Below, one piece after another: positions 35,561 through 49,404 of a stretch of 64,000 bases of DNA. The position numbers were made by a program, and so were the translations under genes. The stretch comes from Octopus bimaculoides (taxonomy: Eukaryota). Each line of letters starts with the position of its first letter. Position 1 is the stretch's first letter. The DNA lies in assembly GCF_001194135.2 (NCBI RefSeq), contig NC_068987.1, positions 92,674,588 to 92,738,587 of the forward strand, in the 5' to 3' direction. The notes under the pieces are model-generated. The model searched no databases and was not told the origin of the DNA. It saw nothing but the letters and a program-made list of their open reading frames with translations.

Positions 35561-38500
35561 GTGGGTACGAATGTTGTATACCAATATTGTTGGGAAAATA
35601 AAAAAAAGTCAAGATTAAATGTAAGGTATACATACGCCGTTTCATCTTCTACAGTCCAAGGAAATATTTTAGTTCAGGATTTAATCAATACACAAGTGTA
35701 TATTTACAATATATTCTCTTACCGTAAACAAAGAAATTCATATACCAGCGATTTTCTTGGAGATAGCATGTCTTAATCAGACATAATCCATTTTCTTTAG
35801 CACTCCATTTCATTGTTTCGCAGATACATTTGCCTTTATAATGACAGCCAGTACAATTATTTCCTGCAGCGTTTCCTATAAGAAATGAAAAAAGAAAATA
35901 TGAGTAAGCATTGCTTAAATTTCTCACCTGAATATTTATCCTGAAATGTTTTATACGTCGCCACCTTTAAGATATTCATAAAATCTACGACATTAAATAT
36001 ATATATATATTCGGTATAAATAATATACTCCGTCACTGGGTTCATGTGTGTAGATTATGGCCCTTCACAGGCTGCAAACATTGTATCTAGGACCCATTAT
36101 GTGTGTGTATGCCACACGTTCAGCGATATCCTGCGAGCTATAGGTACCAACTCTGCAGCAATAAACGGGAACTTGAGTTACAAAGTAAATAACGCAAACA
36201 GGAATATACAGAGGGTATCAGTAAAGATACGTATTATTTAGTTCTTTAAATAAAATCACTCATTTTTGTACACGCCATCTCTGAACACTTACATCAATTT
36301 AGCCAAGCCATTTCACTTTACCTCATACGACTAATGGCAGCCTGGTAAAATATGTACGCTGAAAATCTGCTAACTGAAGCGTAGCTTCGTTGAAAAGTAG
36401 CGCCTTTTTTCGTGAAAGAACAATTGTGTAGTTCTCAGCAGATCAAGACCGTCCCCTTCTATCAGTCTACTCAACAATAACAGCAACAACAATAACAACA
36501 ACAACAACAACTGCAGCAGCAGCCGCAGCAGTGACGAAATAAGAGGAAAAGAAATATGAGCAACAATATACGCCCTCTAATACACTACAGCCTACGATAT
36601 ATCACTACTTCTCGGAGCTGGTGGCTTTAGTCCTCTTTTACGCAGCTACCATTTTTAGTTCAATGAATAGATAAGTCAATCGCTTTAGATCAGTTTTGCT
36701 GGAGCTGCTCTGAGACTACACACACCTACGCATAGGCACGCAGCATACACACAAACTCACTCGCACAAATTTTGAAGTGACAGATCAATATGGCGATCTA
36801 GAGCCTAAATATAACTTTCTAAAGATATCTAAAAGCACGTTTTTGTTTAAAAAATATTTGTCTGTAGCAGAACATATCTGAACATAACTACAGAAAACGA
36901 GAAGAGACCCAACGAAATAGTCTCGAAGTGAACACCCAACCTCCTGGATATAACAGCGAAATCTCACTCCAAATAAACTGCATATTAATGAGTGAGGTGT
37001 TAGATACTGTTGTACCAGAGAACTGAGAAAACGGAAGTAGTGGTCATGGTAGGAATGGCTTCAAGTATATTCATTTATTCAGAACTGAAATTTGAAAACC
37101 AACTAAATGATTGAAATAATAAAATCTGCCAGGAAATTGATGTTTCATTTATATCTGAGTGACATCTTCTAGTAGAAACTATCAAATTCTCCTGAAATCA
37201 TGGATTACGTTTTCTTAGATACAATATTATTTAAATGGCGCCCAGGCCCTTACGAAGCGGAGGATTGTAAATTCGAATGAGGTGTTTCATAACATACCAT
37301 TTACAAATGATAACATCGCAAAGTTGATTAACAGAGGTATTCCAGTTGTACACATCTGAAAGTAAAAATGCAGCACCAAATGATTTCATACATAATAAAA
37401 TAACAAATTACTGAGTTGTTATATAAAGACGAAACATGTCCACGCTCAGTAAGTTACATGTCTTAACAGAAAGATATAAGTTTTATCATTTCGCTTTCAA
37501 CGTCATCGAAATAGTTTCTAATCGTGTATCATGTGTGAAATGTTGCGTCCTTCAATAAAATATTATATCGCATCTATGAAAAGAAATATTATATTTGAGT
37601 TTCTAGAGAAAGAGTAATACATTTAAAAAGTCAATGAAATGTAATTTTAGCTCATGAAATCTAATCCCATCGTAACAGAACACATCATTGTTTGCGCTAA
37701 ATTAAGCCAATTATAATTTAGAAGACCTACAATCATAAGTGCCCCAGGCACACTGCACTGTATGTTATAAAATCACACAACATCAATGCCTACATTTTGT
37801 AATTCGTTGATGTTCTAATTTATCCTCATCATAACAAAACAAATTTAAGAACAAAACTTTTACAATTGTGATGACCATGTATTTTATTTTCACAGAACGT
37901 ATCCTGAGCTACAGTAACCAATGTTACAATTCTTTATTGTCTTTTTTATTTCATAGTTAAGATTGATGAGGTCCACATACAAAACGATTTGATTCAGCCA
38001 CGATCATCCAAGTTTACCTTATCTATTGTACCTTTCCCATTTCATATCGTAATGTATTGACAAATGAGATGTTTTTTTTTCTTTCTGACAGGTAGGGTAG
38101 GATTGTAGAGATTTTGTTTTCAATTCGTCAAATTTTAAGCCTAAGAATGATCTCAATAAGAAAAGATATGTTTAAACCGATCCAACATTGACTTTACCAG
38201 TTAATTTTCAGGTGATAATTCCAGGATTGCATTATCCAATGTTTACGTTTTAATGTTCGTATATTTTGCTTTGATTGGAATTCGATTCCTTTTGCGCTCA
38301 CTTTCATCGACCATAGAGCACCACCCTTTGCAGTTTCATATTTAAAAAAATATGAAAGTGATAAAGATTGGTAAGAATGATTTTTTATTTTAATATCAGA
38401 TACCCGATACATGTGTATTTAAAATATTTGTAAGCCAACCTTAAAATATATCATTTCCATCCATCTTTTTTCCGAATGTATATCAATTTAATGTTGTCGT

Positions 38501-38901
38501 TCATCTTCTCTAACCCTGAATGGGTAGACAAGATTAGAGACAATCCAATATCAGGGATAATCCAAACCGGTGCATATGTTATAGAAATATAGTTTTAAAA
38601 AGATTGCTTGCACTTTCCAAGGCATCTTATTCAGATATTAAGACTGTAACGTCTGATTTTGATGGATATTTGACTGATACTTCCATTTGGACAACCAGCA
38701 TTGTGATTGGTAGCTTATAACCTCTTCATATTGTTCACGTAGTAATTTATTGGCAATACTTGACCAAACAAATTTGCTTTTAAAGTTAATTTTTCGTGGT
38801 GACAAAGCAATGCATTTTTCAAAGACACCTCTATTTACCCTGGGATCATAGAAATGTGTCTAGAGAGTTTCCATCTAGAGTGAATGATTAGGAAAACTAA
38901 C

Positions 38902-39105
38902 TTATTGCAGAGCAGCTAAGGTTGCTCATATAGCACGTCTCCCCTGCCCACGCTGCAGATGCTGTCAGAGGGAGAAGCAACGACTGATATAACGTGGAAC
39001 CATTGTATTTGCAAGTAAAGTTATAACTTAAAGAGTTCCTTACCATCAGACATTATATTCAGTACTCTGCAAATTCCATCAACATCCCTAAAATTATTTA
39101 TCCAC
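38902..39105 (-). CDS. Candidate two-exon segment (39044-39105 and 38902-38961, 82-nt intron): WINNFRDVDGICRVLNIMSD/ASAAWAGETCYMSNLSCSAI
   Basis: All four splice sites look canonical: tttctcag|, |gtaagg, gcttctccctctgacag|, |gttagt. Phases are compatible (2 to 1, 1 to 1) and the spliced frame is open. Confidence 0.4.
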
Positions 39106-40532
39106 CTGAGAAACATCAGCACAAAGATAAACAACGCTTTCGTATCTCTCCTAATCTTTTTTCTTTTATAATATATTACGATACATAATTTGTGGTACAT
39201 TTGCTTGCTATTTGTAGTAGGTTAAGCCGACCAGCGGATGATCTATTGCATGGTGGTCATAATATATTGAGTTGGAAACATGGAATGTCTGGCTGTTTTT
39301 GTCCAAGTCAGTCCATGATTGATCAGACTATATTCAAATGCATTCGGCCCATGATTATTCAGCTATTTTTTTACGCAGATGAAAGACTGTGTTAATATTT
39401 ATTACTTTTCTATAAGACGATACAGTGTGATGTGTACTTGATTTTGTTGCTAATTCTTGCAGTTCCAATATCTACGTATTTGTGAAAAATCAAGAATGTA
39501 CGATGAACGTCGATATCCATATATCATTGATCTAAGGAAACTACATATTACATTACTAGATAATAAGAGTTTCCATACACACATAAAGGAAAACAACTCT
39601 ACACGAAACAATGATATATCTCCTACATGACCCTCTGTCTATTTGAAATAGCAGCCAATAAAATCGTTTTACAAGAAGCATCAATTAAAAATACAATATA
39701 TGATGTAGATTATATTCCGAAAATATGAGGGAAGACGACTGTCGTCATAATTTCATTCTGTTATGAACGGGGCTAAACATTAACGATAACAACAAAAACT
39801 ACCTAACGATTTCCCATGTATGTTGTCGCCATTTCGTATTTTATAAAGCTGCAATGCGTTCAGTGTAGAAAGATATAAGTGTCAGAATGAAATCAAGGAT
39901 ATCGAATAGAATAACACAGACGAGTTTGTAAGTGTAAATAAAAGTTATACAATACAACGAAGAACGGAAACATTGAACAGTTAAGAACAGCTTAGAGAAG
40001 GCAGGTAAATAATAATACACAAAATTAATGTTGGAAATAACTTAATATCTAAGATTAAACTTAACTGTCCAGACATTACGTCATACATAAGCACAATTAA
40101 TTGGGTTTTGAAGAGACTTATAGGTTCTATATTTTATTTTTAATAAACCAAATAGACAAGGAACATTTAAAAAGGAATAGTGAATGAAAATCAATCTAAT
40201 ATTAAAGCAAATGTCATACCATAAATATACTTTGGGCTGGAGGGTTTCTGATGGCCGATGTGCACAATATATCAACAGAAATAATAACACGTATTTGACA
40301 GTGACACCATCTAGTTAGGAAATCTCGGTATGGTGCCACGATCTATAGAGAATACTATACTATCCAATGTAACCAAGAGCATATATCAGAACCTTAAAAT
40401 ACAAGTAATCATCAAACATTTAAATCGGAAATATATAAAAGGACGGGATATATGGAGCAGGCGGTTTTTAAAGTAGTTCTCTTTTAACTTAAACAACAAC
40501 AACAGCATAATAACGTTAACTCAATTATTATT

Positions 40533-40742
40533 GAAGGGGGCGGGCTGGCAGAATTACTAGAACGCTGAACGAAATGCTTAGCGGTATTTCGCCCGTCACT
40601 CCGTTCTGAGTTCAAATTCAACCGATGCTGAGTGTGCCTTTCATTCTTTCGTGGTCTATTAATTAAGTACCACTTTCGCACGGGACCGATGTAATCGACT
40701 TCTCTCCTCTTCCAAAATTGCTCCTTGTGGCATTCAAACCCT
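40533..40742 (+). mobile_element. SINE family A
   Basis: gggctggcagaattactagaacgctgaacgaaatgcttagcggtatttcg...gagttcaaattcaaccg...cctttcattctttcgtggtctattaattaagtacc. Confidence 0.88.
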
Positions 40743-40761
40743 TATTATAACTATTATTATT

Positions 40762-40906
40762 ATTATTATTTTATTTTATGTTTGACTTTTGCTTTGCATT
40801 TCTACAAGTTGGATCCAAGTCTCACCCAGAGACCTCATGAGACAAAAAGTTAGAAGTTAATGTAGGTGTTATGCCTAGGGTACCATATTTCGATTTGCAC
40901 ATAGTG

Positions 40907-40907
<1 letters not shown>
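40762..40907 (-). mobile_element. Non-LTR retroelement 3' end between two (ATT)n tracts
   Basis: Minus strand ...gaggtctctgggtgagacttggatccaacttgtagaaatgcaaagcaaaagtcaaacataaaataaaataat(aat)n, with (ATT)n on both flanks (40741-40770 and 40908-40977). Confidence 0.55.
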
Positions 40908-40977
<70 letters not shown>

Positions 40978-42256
40978 GTCGTATATATAGTCTAAATCAA
41001 AAACAATTTGTGAAATATCATTCGACAGCACTTAAACTTACCTTGCACGAGTTAAAGTTGGCTGTTTCATTAATGCAGAACCTAAAAATCTATCAAGATT
41101 CACACATCACATGGCAAAGTAAGATATTTAGCAGCTGGTGACTATAACTACGTTATGTCATGTTTTATAGTTGTTGCCATTCCGTGTTATTAAGTTAACG
41201 TTTACAAACCAATTACCAAATGTCAAACTAATAATTTGTTACCGTATTATTATCTAACAGGAGATATTAAATATCGCACAAAATGTACATTCACTATAAT
41301 AAATAGCATCAATTAAAGCGTTCCTGAAGAAGAAGGCATTCCGTGGGGACTGGATTGGCTAGAAAATGGCATCATGTTTCGTTAAATACAAGTAAGCATC
41401 TGAAAACAAATGAACATATTGAAACATATAGTCAAGGTTCTTTCACTCAACGCTAAATAGCATCAAGATCAATATTGCGACAACCATTCATCGATTGTCA
41501 CGTAATGGTGAAGAATCCTTAAAAAGAAAGAACCTCTATTTGTTGAATTATCTCCAAGATCACATACTACTCTCTTAAAACTGGACAATTTGTGTATAGA
41601 ATGGAATGAGGTTTAGTGACGTATGGATATGAGATGTGGAGAGCGTGTCTTACATAGATGATAATGAATCAATAATAGCGCTGGTGCTGTACGTTTGAAG
41701 CTAAAATGCTTGAGTAAACTTTTACTGAGATGGTGGATCTGATTCTGGCCAAAGAATTTGCGGACTCTAAAGACGGCTAACAGTGACCTATGGAATAATG
41801 TATTTAAAATCATTTGGACAATGATTTTGGCTGACAGGAAGAGCTGTAAAATTTGTGATGTTGATAGAATCGTTACATATTATACCATGTACGTGTAATT
41901 TCAGTGACATTCACTGGAGTGGTTTTGAACCGGCTTTGACCAACGAGTTCACCACGTCCCTTGTGAACGGTGACCTCATCCCACGTTCACACGCAGTGTA
42001 GTAAGAGACTCATATTACAGGATAAGGATTTTTAATTAACTAAACTGCTCAGATACCTCAGTGGTTGTCTACATTTGAAGCTTCCTTGATTATACTCATG
42101 TTCTTATCTACATTAAAATCTGTAAATTGTTTATCATAGGTGACTCTACTACTATGTAAAAGAATTCTGTGCAAGACCATATCATTATGGTTTTGAAATG
42201 TAACTCTGCAAAGATTTTAATCTTTCGTCTTTTGTTTTGTTTTAAATTTTCACTAA

Positions 42257-42289
<33 letters not shown>

Positions 42290-42710
42290 TATATGGGAGA
42301 ATATACGAAAAAACAACAACAGACGAGGACAGGTGGTGTAAATAACAAAAGGATGTATTAGTATGACACTCGGGAATATATATATATATATATATATATA
42401 TANNNNNNNNNNNNNNNNNNNNNNNNNNNNNNNNNNNNNNNNNNNNNNNNNNNNNNNNNNNNNNNNNNNNNNNNNNNNNNNNNNNNNNNNNNNNNNNNNN
42501 NNNNNNNNNNNNNNNNNNNNNNNNNNNNNNNNNNNNNNNNNNNNNNNNNNNNNNNNNNNNNNNNNNNNNNNNNNNNNNNNNNNNNNNNNNNNNNNNNNNN
42601 NNNNNNNNNNNNNNNNNNNNNNNNNNNNNNNNNNNNNNNNNNNNNNNNNNNNNNNNNNNNNNNNNNNNNNNNNNNNNNNNNNNNNNNNNNNNNNNNNNCA
42701 CACACATATA

Positions 42711-42748
<38 letters not shown>

Positions 42749-43722
42749 AGATAGAATGTTAACGATATACCACAGAAAGAGGTAGCGAAAAATATGGTTG
42801 AGAATACGAAAATGCAATCTTAGATAATTCAGAAGTTCATTATCACAATGAAATCATTTGAAAATAAAAGAATACTTAAAAGCAGAGTATCAGAGTGAAA
42901 TTATTTTAAAATTCATAACGCATTCCCAAATATGATATATCATCGATATACATTGCTACTATGATATTATTTCAATACCACATTCTCCAAAGTACATTTT
43001 CATATCGAACCATTTCAAAATGCATTATTAAACACTCCAAAGCGCCTGACATCATGAATTCATAATTAAACACTCCAAAGTGTATAATTTTCAAACTGAT
43101 TTCCCGTCTCATATTAGATATTAATCACTATACACCTTTGTAATAGCTAACCACTATTTTAAGTTTAAAACAAAGTGTGTCTACCGGAAATAGCTTCCTC
43201 ATAGCGTCACGAGGTAACAATTGCTTTGATAATATTGTGTCCGGTAGTAAAAGTTGCGAGGTGGAAGCAAATTTAGGCAGTTGTGAAACATGTTCAGTGG
43301 CATTTCTTCTGCTTGTTAATCTTCTAATCATAAAATTCTCTCAAAAGCTCACCTTCGCTTTTCATCTTTTTGTTTTTGATAAAATAAGGTCCAAGTTAAG
43401 TTTGGGTTCACTGTGGTCATGTAGCGCCTCCCATGAGTTTCTGGCTTTGCGCCTATGTTAGAAATATGCACATTAATCGACAAAAGTTAAGTAACGGTGG
43501 TAGAAATTTTCTTATTTTAACTTTTCAAAATGCTATGGATAAACATATTTTATTGATATTGACGAATAAATTATTTAGAAAAGTTGACTTATATATACTT
43601 TGTGGTTCTATCATATTTTTTGCAGGTAACTATAAATAGGAAATGTTAATCGGATGCGAAGTTCTCACACGTCGCTCCAACTGCTCGCTGTTTCGAATAT
43701 ATATATATATATATACAGAAAT

Positions 43723-43766
<44 letters not shown>

Positions 43767-43849
43767 GTATATATATGTACGTATAAATGTGTGTTTGTGT
43801 GTGTGTATGCATATATCCGTGTGTGTGTGTGTGTGTGTGCGTGTATGTC

Positions 43850-44072
43850 TTTGTGTCTGTGTTTCTTCCTCCATCGCCGCTCGACAACCAGTGTTGCGTT
43901 TACGTCTCCGTAATTTGGTTGTTCGGCAACATAAACCGTGAGTATAAGTACTCGGCTTTAAAGAAATAAGTCCTAGAGTCGGGGTTTTCCCACGAAAACC
44001 CTACAAGACGGTGCTCCAGCATGGCTGCTGTCAAATGACTGACACAGATAGAAGAGTAAAATAAAAATAAAA
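43850..44072 (+). mobile_element. SINE family B, 3' half preceded by a (TA)/(TG) tract
   Basis: tcgacaaccagtgttgcgtttacgtctccgtaa...gagtataagtactcggctttaaagaaataagtcctagagtcgg...cggtgctccagcatggctgctgtcaaatgactga. Confidence 0.85.
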
Positions 44073-45594
44073 GTTACACACACACACGCGTATATTTATG
44101 ATGATATTGTTTTTTATTTAAGCACGAGGCTAGCAATTTTAGGTGGAGAATATTTGACGACACCCACAAGGAAATTTGATCTCGGCAGCAGTTGAAATCA
44201 GGATATAAAAAAATAGCAGTAAATAATGTGTGATATTTTGCTCGTCTCCGTAATGATGCTGCCAATCCATTGAAGTGAATCGTTTCTAATATCATTGAAA
44301 AAATCGCAATGTTTCAAAGATGAGATTTGATCCATCTCTATCAGAAGTAAAAAAAAATAAATGTAAACATAGTTTAATTTTTTTAAGATGTGAAAACAAA
44401 AAAGGAAACACAAATTAGATTCAAACCGCGTACAACAACGCATATCAGTCATAGTTATCATTCTGTCAAATAATAATTTAAACCTTATTATATATATGTA
44501 TATATATATCCGGATAAATGTATTTCTTTTAAACTAAACTCAGATTACTCTAACTTTATTCCTAATACTATTTCAAATATGTTCATGCACGTGTGTAGTT
44601 GTGTGTGTATTAAACCATGATTGACGAGTGTGTCAATGATCGTACGTGCATATATGCTTCTGTGCACGTATGTGTATGAGCGAGTGATCAGTATATCTGT
44701 TTTGATTTGCTAGGAGATTTCTCTCTCTCTCTCTCCCCTCTATCTCACTATATTTATATTAATATTCTTTCAAATTTATACATCTCAAATTTATACATCT
44801 CAAACCTTTAAATCTGTTGATGTCAAACCCAGGTCATACCCTGCAAACAAATCATTGAGCTGTTTGTCAAATTTGTACTGCTTCGGGTCGAGTTCAATTG
44901 TTAAGGTTTTTATTTCTTTTGCCAAACCAAGGGAGGCTAATTTAATTAAGTTTTCATATTATTGCCTTATCCTTCGTTTTTTTATTTTGTTTGTTTTTCT
45001 TCCTCTTAGTTTTTGCTATATGTTCTTTTATGTTATTTTTCTTTTGTCTGCTTGTTTGAATGTCTGATAGGGATTTTTGGCTCGACTTCAATTGATCAAG
45101 GATTATTTTGTTGTACTTCTGCGTTTTATTTCCAGTTATAAACAAATAATAAATAATATGTCAGAATTTTGATTTTACCAACAGCATGATTTTTATTATT
45201 AGTAAAAGTAGTTTTGTTGTCATGTATTGAAAAGTAAGAATCGTTGCTCCTAGCGGGCAGCCGGTGCACAGAATTATTATTATTACTACTATTATTATTA
45301 TTAATTTTATCATAGAGTATTCTTGATCATTGCGTGCTTTCACGGCACTAACAAGCAAATGTTTAAATGCCTTGTGTCCCCGCAGTAAAACTTTTGCTCT
45401 AAGTTCTAATCTATTGAAGTAAATCTGGTATCTCATACCAAGTCAATCATAGTGTAATTTACTGTTGCGTCTCCAAGTTCGTAATTCCTAGAGTTGAGTA
45501 TCTGAGTTTGTCAGCAAATTTATTAATCCTTTCATTGTTTCTAAGATGCCTTTATAACTGGAAGAAACATTCATTTGTTTTACAACGAAAACAA

Positions 45595-45682
45595 TTATGA
45601 TAATGATGATGATGATGATTTTGATGATGATGATGATGATGATGATGACGATGATGATGATGATGATAATGGTCATCATCAT
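45595..45682. repeat. (GAT)n tract
   Basis: Direct reading. Confidence 0.92.
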
Positions 45683-46081
45683 AATCCTTTCTACTTTAGG
45701 CACAAGGCATGAAATTGTTTAGGAGGGAGCTTGTCAATTAGATCGACGCCAGTGTTTAACTGGTATTTTCAAATCATTCACTAAATGTCATAACATCAGA
45801 AATGCAATGTAAAAGCATTTCACAAGTATTTATTGAAACTTCGTATCTTAGAGTCAACAGGAAATACTTACGGAAGTAAACAATGTAAATATTTCTTAAA
45901 AGTTGCAGGAAGTGCTGTGATTCATGATATCTTCTAATTTGTTGGTACTGTATAATAAATGTTAAACTTTTTTGAAGTACTTTTTTCGTTCGTGCACTTT
46001 ATTAACCAAACCAAATATCTCATTTGCCTCTATTATCACCTGACCCCTCACCGCTTACCCGTGATATATATATATATATCA

Positions 46082-46490
46082 CAATCATCATTTAAATTTC
46101 GTTGTCCATGGTGGCATGGGCTGGAGGATTTGACTGGGCTAGCACACTGGAAGGCTGCACTAAATTCCAGTCTGATTTGGCATGGTTTTCTACGGCTGGG
46201 TGCCCTTCCTAACGCCAACCACTCCGAGTGTAATGAGTGTTTTTACGAGTCACTGGCACGGGTGCTATTTGCATGACGCTGGGGGTGCGTTTACGTGTAT
46301 ATTTGCATGACACCTGTATCTACCGTGACTGCGATTCTGCTCGGTGTGATGGGTCTTCTTCCCTAGCACGACATAATGCCAAATATCTCAATCATTGCCT
46401 TTGTGAAACCCAACATTCCCAAAGAACTCAGCCACTTTGCCTCGTGAGGTCCAACACTCGAAAGTAACTCAGCCACTTTGACTCCATGCA
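46082..46490 (-). mobile_element. RTE-type LINE 3' end or RTE-tail SINE
   Basis: Contains ttttctacggctgggtgcccttcctaacgccaacc, the reverse of a typical RTE 3'-UTR motif, and a 15-bp internal direct repeat aactcagccactttg (two copies). Confidence 0.65.
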
Positions 46491-47047
46491 TATACTATAA
46501 GAGAAGGCTTAAAAGCGATGAACCTGTCGAAAATGAGGGAGTATTGCTTTCTATGTGCGTGATTTATGGGAGGAAATGGGTGAGTCGTGTAGGCCTCGTC
46601 AGTCAACAGTAAACTCACAGGAATCAACCCATTGTAAATAGTGATACTGCTATTGTTCACAACAAAACATTTGCAAACTGTCTAAAGGTGAGTTGAAAGA
46701 GTTCATACTGTGGTCCTTGTTCCTTCTGCCAGTCAGCACAGCTGTGCATTACGCAATAGGATGTGCAAATCGTTGGTCGGCCTGAAGAACCTTAAAAGGG
46801 CGTCAGTGATTCTTTCTAGCAATGGCTTTGCTCNNNNNNNNNNAGTGATTCTTTCTAGCAATGGCTTTGCTCGTATACGAGAAAGCACCTAAGATATATA
46901 TGTCCATGTATACATACATATATTTATATATTCATATACTATGTATATATGCATATATGGGTATCAAAACTACTGCAAGTAATCCTAATCATATTGTAAC
47001 TATTGTAGCAATAATTTTTAATCCACCAATTTTAACATCATACCAAT

Positions 47048-47106
<59 letters not shown>

Positions 47107-47204
47107 GATGATAACAGTAATGACCAATAGAAACATACTCATCATCATCACTATGAATAAGCATTCTTGTTATGGTGTTATAATTAATGGATATATATAT
47201 ATGT

Positions 47205-47582
47205 GGAGGCGCAATGGCCCAGTGGTTAGGGCAGCGGACACGCGGTCATACGATCGAGGCTTCGATTCCCAGACCGGGTATTGTGAGTGTTTATTGAGCG
47301 AAAACACCTAAAGCTCCACGAGGCTCCGGCAGGGGATGGTGGCGAACCCTGCTGTACTCTTCCACCACAACTCTCTCTCACTCTTACTTCCTGTTGTACC
47401 TCTAATTCAAAGGATCAGCCTTGTCGCACTTTGTCACGCTGAATATCCCCGAGAACTACGTTAAGGGTACACGTATCTGTGGAGTGCTCAGCCACTTGCA
47501 CGTTAATTTTACGAGCAGGCTGTTCCATTGATCGGATCAACTGGAACCCTCGACGTCGTAAGCGACGGAGTGCTAACAAACA
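47205..47582 (+). mobile_element. SINE family C, near full length
   Basis: ggaggcgcaatggcccagtggttagggcagcgg...ggcttcgattcccagaccgg (A/B boxes); tail shared with 8355-8670. Confidence 0.88.
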
Positions 47583-48224
47583 ATATATATATATATCTAT
47601 CTTGGTCGGTCATACGTATGGTAGTGTCCCTAGAGATATCACCTGCCGCCAAGCGGCTGCATTTATTGTTTGGTGAAGGTCTCAATTTTGCAACAGATTC
47701 AAAATAAATCTGCTGAATAAGTATCTGTAAAGTCTGATTTGATAAACACTATTAACCAGCATGGCGCCAAGAACAGTGTTTGATCAACACAGAGTACAGG
47801 CAGTAATGTCGATTTCACACAGTTATAGAACAGAAATGGCTATTTACGTATACAATATACACGCGCACTCGTATATACACACCGCACATCCTTTCTGTCA
47901 CCATCAGCCGTTTGTCCTCCAGCCTGATAACATTGGAATGTAAAACAACCAGATGTCAGTCATCTCTTACATGAAACTGTTCGGCTGTCTTCTCTCTATC
48001 TCGTAACGCTAACGAAATTTCTAAACACCAGTAAACAAGAATTACTGTGGACTAAAACCGCAAATCCCTATCATTAAAACTCTGCGCCATCGAAGTTTTG
48101 ACCAACATAAATTGAATAACAGAAATCAAAGAGAAGGAAAGAATAATAGTCAAATAAATCACTCATCTCCATCGAATGATATTCTAATTTTTACTCTCTT
48201 CATGTTGTTGCTGTGCTCACTGAA

Positions 48225-48261
48225 GCTGCTACTGCTGCTGCTGCTGCTGCTACTAGTACTA

Positions 48262-48326
<65 letters not shown>

Positions 48327-48356
48327 GCCTATGCTGCTGCTGCTACTAATACTAAT
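48225..48356. repeat. Compound (CTG)n/(CTA)n tract
   Basis: Direct reading. Confidence 0.93.
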
Positions 48357-49334
48357 CTTACAAAAATACATTAAGAATATAAAACGATAAGAACAATACA
48401 GAAGGAATATAAATAAAAACGGTTGAATAACAATAAATATACTAAGTTCATTCGTTCATTAGCCACAGGAGTTTAACGTGAATAGAAAAAAAGGGAGTCA
48501 AATAAATGCTAAACAAATATGTTACAACGAGTGCTGGAGTAGGGTACTGAAATTACAAGAAGAGGTAGTTTGGTGCGAAATACTGTGTTTTAATTGAAGT
48601 AATAAAAAAAACTTTATAAGCTGCAGATATTTAAATGGGGTAAATAGAATAAAGTACGATAAAACATTCATAACTAAAATAAGATATAATTTGTAAGAAA
48701 TAAGATACGGATATATTTTGGTTCTTGTGTACACATGTACGGGTGGCATGTGGAAGGATGTAACTATTTTAGTTTACAGCATCCTACATCCGTGTCGCCA
48801 GGCAGTATTCGAATTGTACTCTCGTACAGCGAAAGTCGCTGTTCATACCTTTTCAATCTTTTGGTATGGAAAGCAAAAGCGTCTTATATANNNNNNNNNN
48901 NNNNNNNNNNNNNNNNNNNNNNNNNNNNNNNNNNNNNNNNNNNNNNNNNNNNNNNNNNNNNNNNNNNNNNNNNNNNNNNNNNNNNNNNNNNNNNNNNNNN
49001 NNNNNNNNNNNNNNNNNNNNNNNNNNNNNNNNNNNNNNNNNNNNNNNNNNNNNNNNNNNNNNNNNNNNNNNNNNNNNNNNNNNNNNNNNNNNNNNNNNNN
49101 NNNNNNNNNNNNNNNNNNNNNNNNNNNNNNNNNNNNNNNNNNNNNNNNNNNNNNNNNNNNNNNNNNNNNNNNNNNNNNNNNNNNNNNNNNNNNNNNNNNN
49201 NNNNNNCTTGTAACTTCATATTTTTTGGCCAATGAATTCTTGTATCTCTGTATTCTAACACAAATTTTCTGTATTTCGACCACAAAGCTATTATTACAAC
49301 TCCGAAATAATCATGCATCATTTTGTCCATTAGT

Positions 49335-49400
49335 TAGGCGGCGAGCTGGCAGAATCTTTAAGGATGCCGGGTGAAATGCTTAGCGGTATTTCGTCTCTGC
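49335..49400 (+). mobile_element. SINE family A head, cut short by a LINE-derived segment
   Basis: aggcggcgagctggcagaatctttaaggatgccgggtgaaatgcttagcggtatttcgtct ends abruptly. Confidence 0.8.
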
Positions 49401-49404
49401 GAAG

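Noticed and set aside
41690-41830. FWPKN...DLW frame suggestive of a Tc1/maT transposase
   Set aside because: Motif spacing is wrong and there are no supporting termini; too weak.
44790-45440. Protein-looking minus frames (LASLGLAKEIKTLTIELDPKQ..., RLELRAKVLLRGHKAF...)
   Set aside because: They lack paired convincing splice sites and any recognisable domain.
47205-47280. tRNA-like sequences (also 25277-25340 and other SINE heads)
   Set aside because: They are SINE heads followed by SINE bodies, with no complete cloverleaf, so they were not called tRNA genes.
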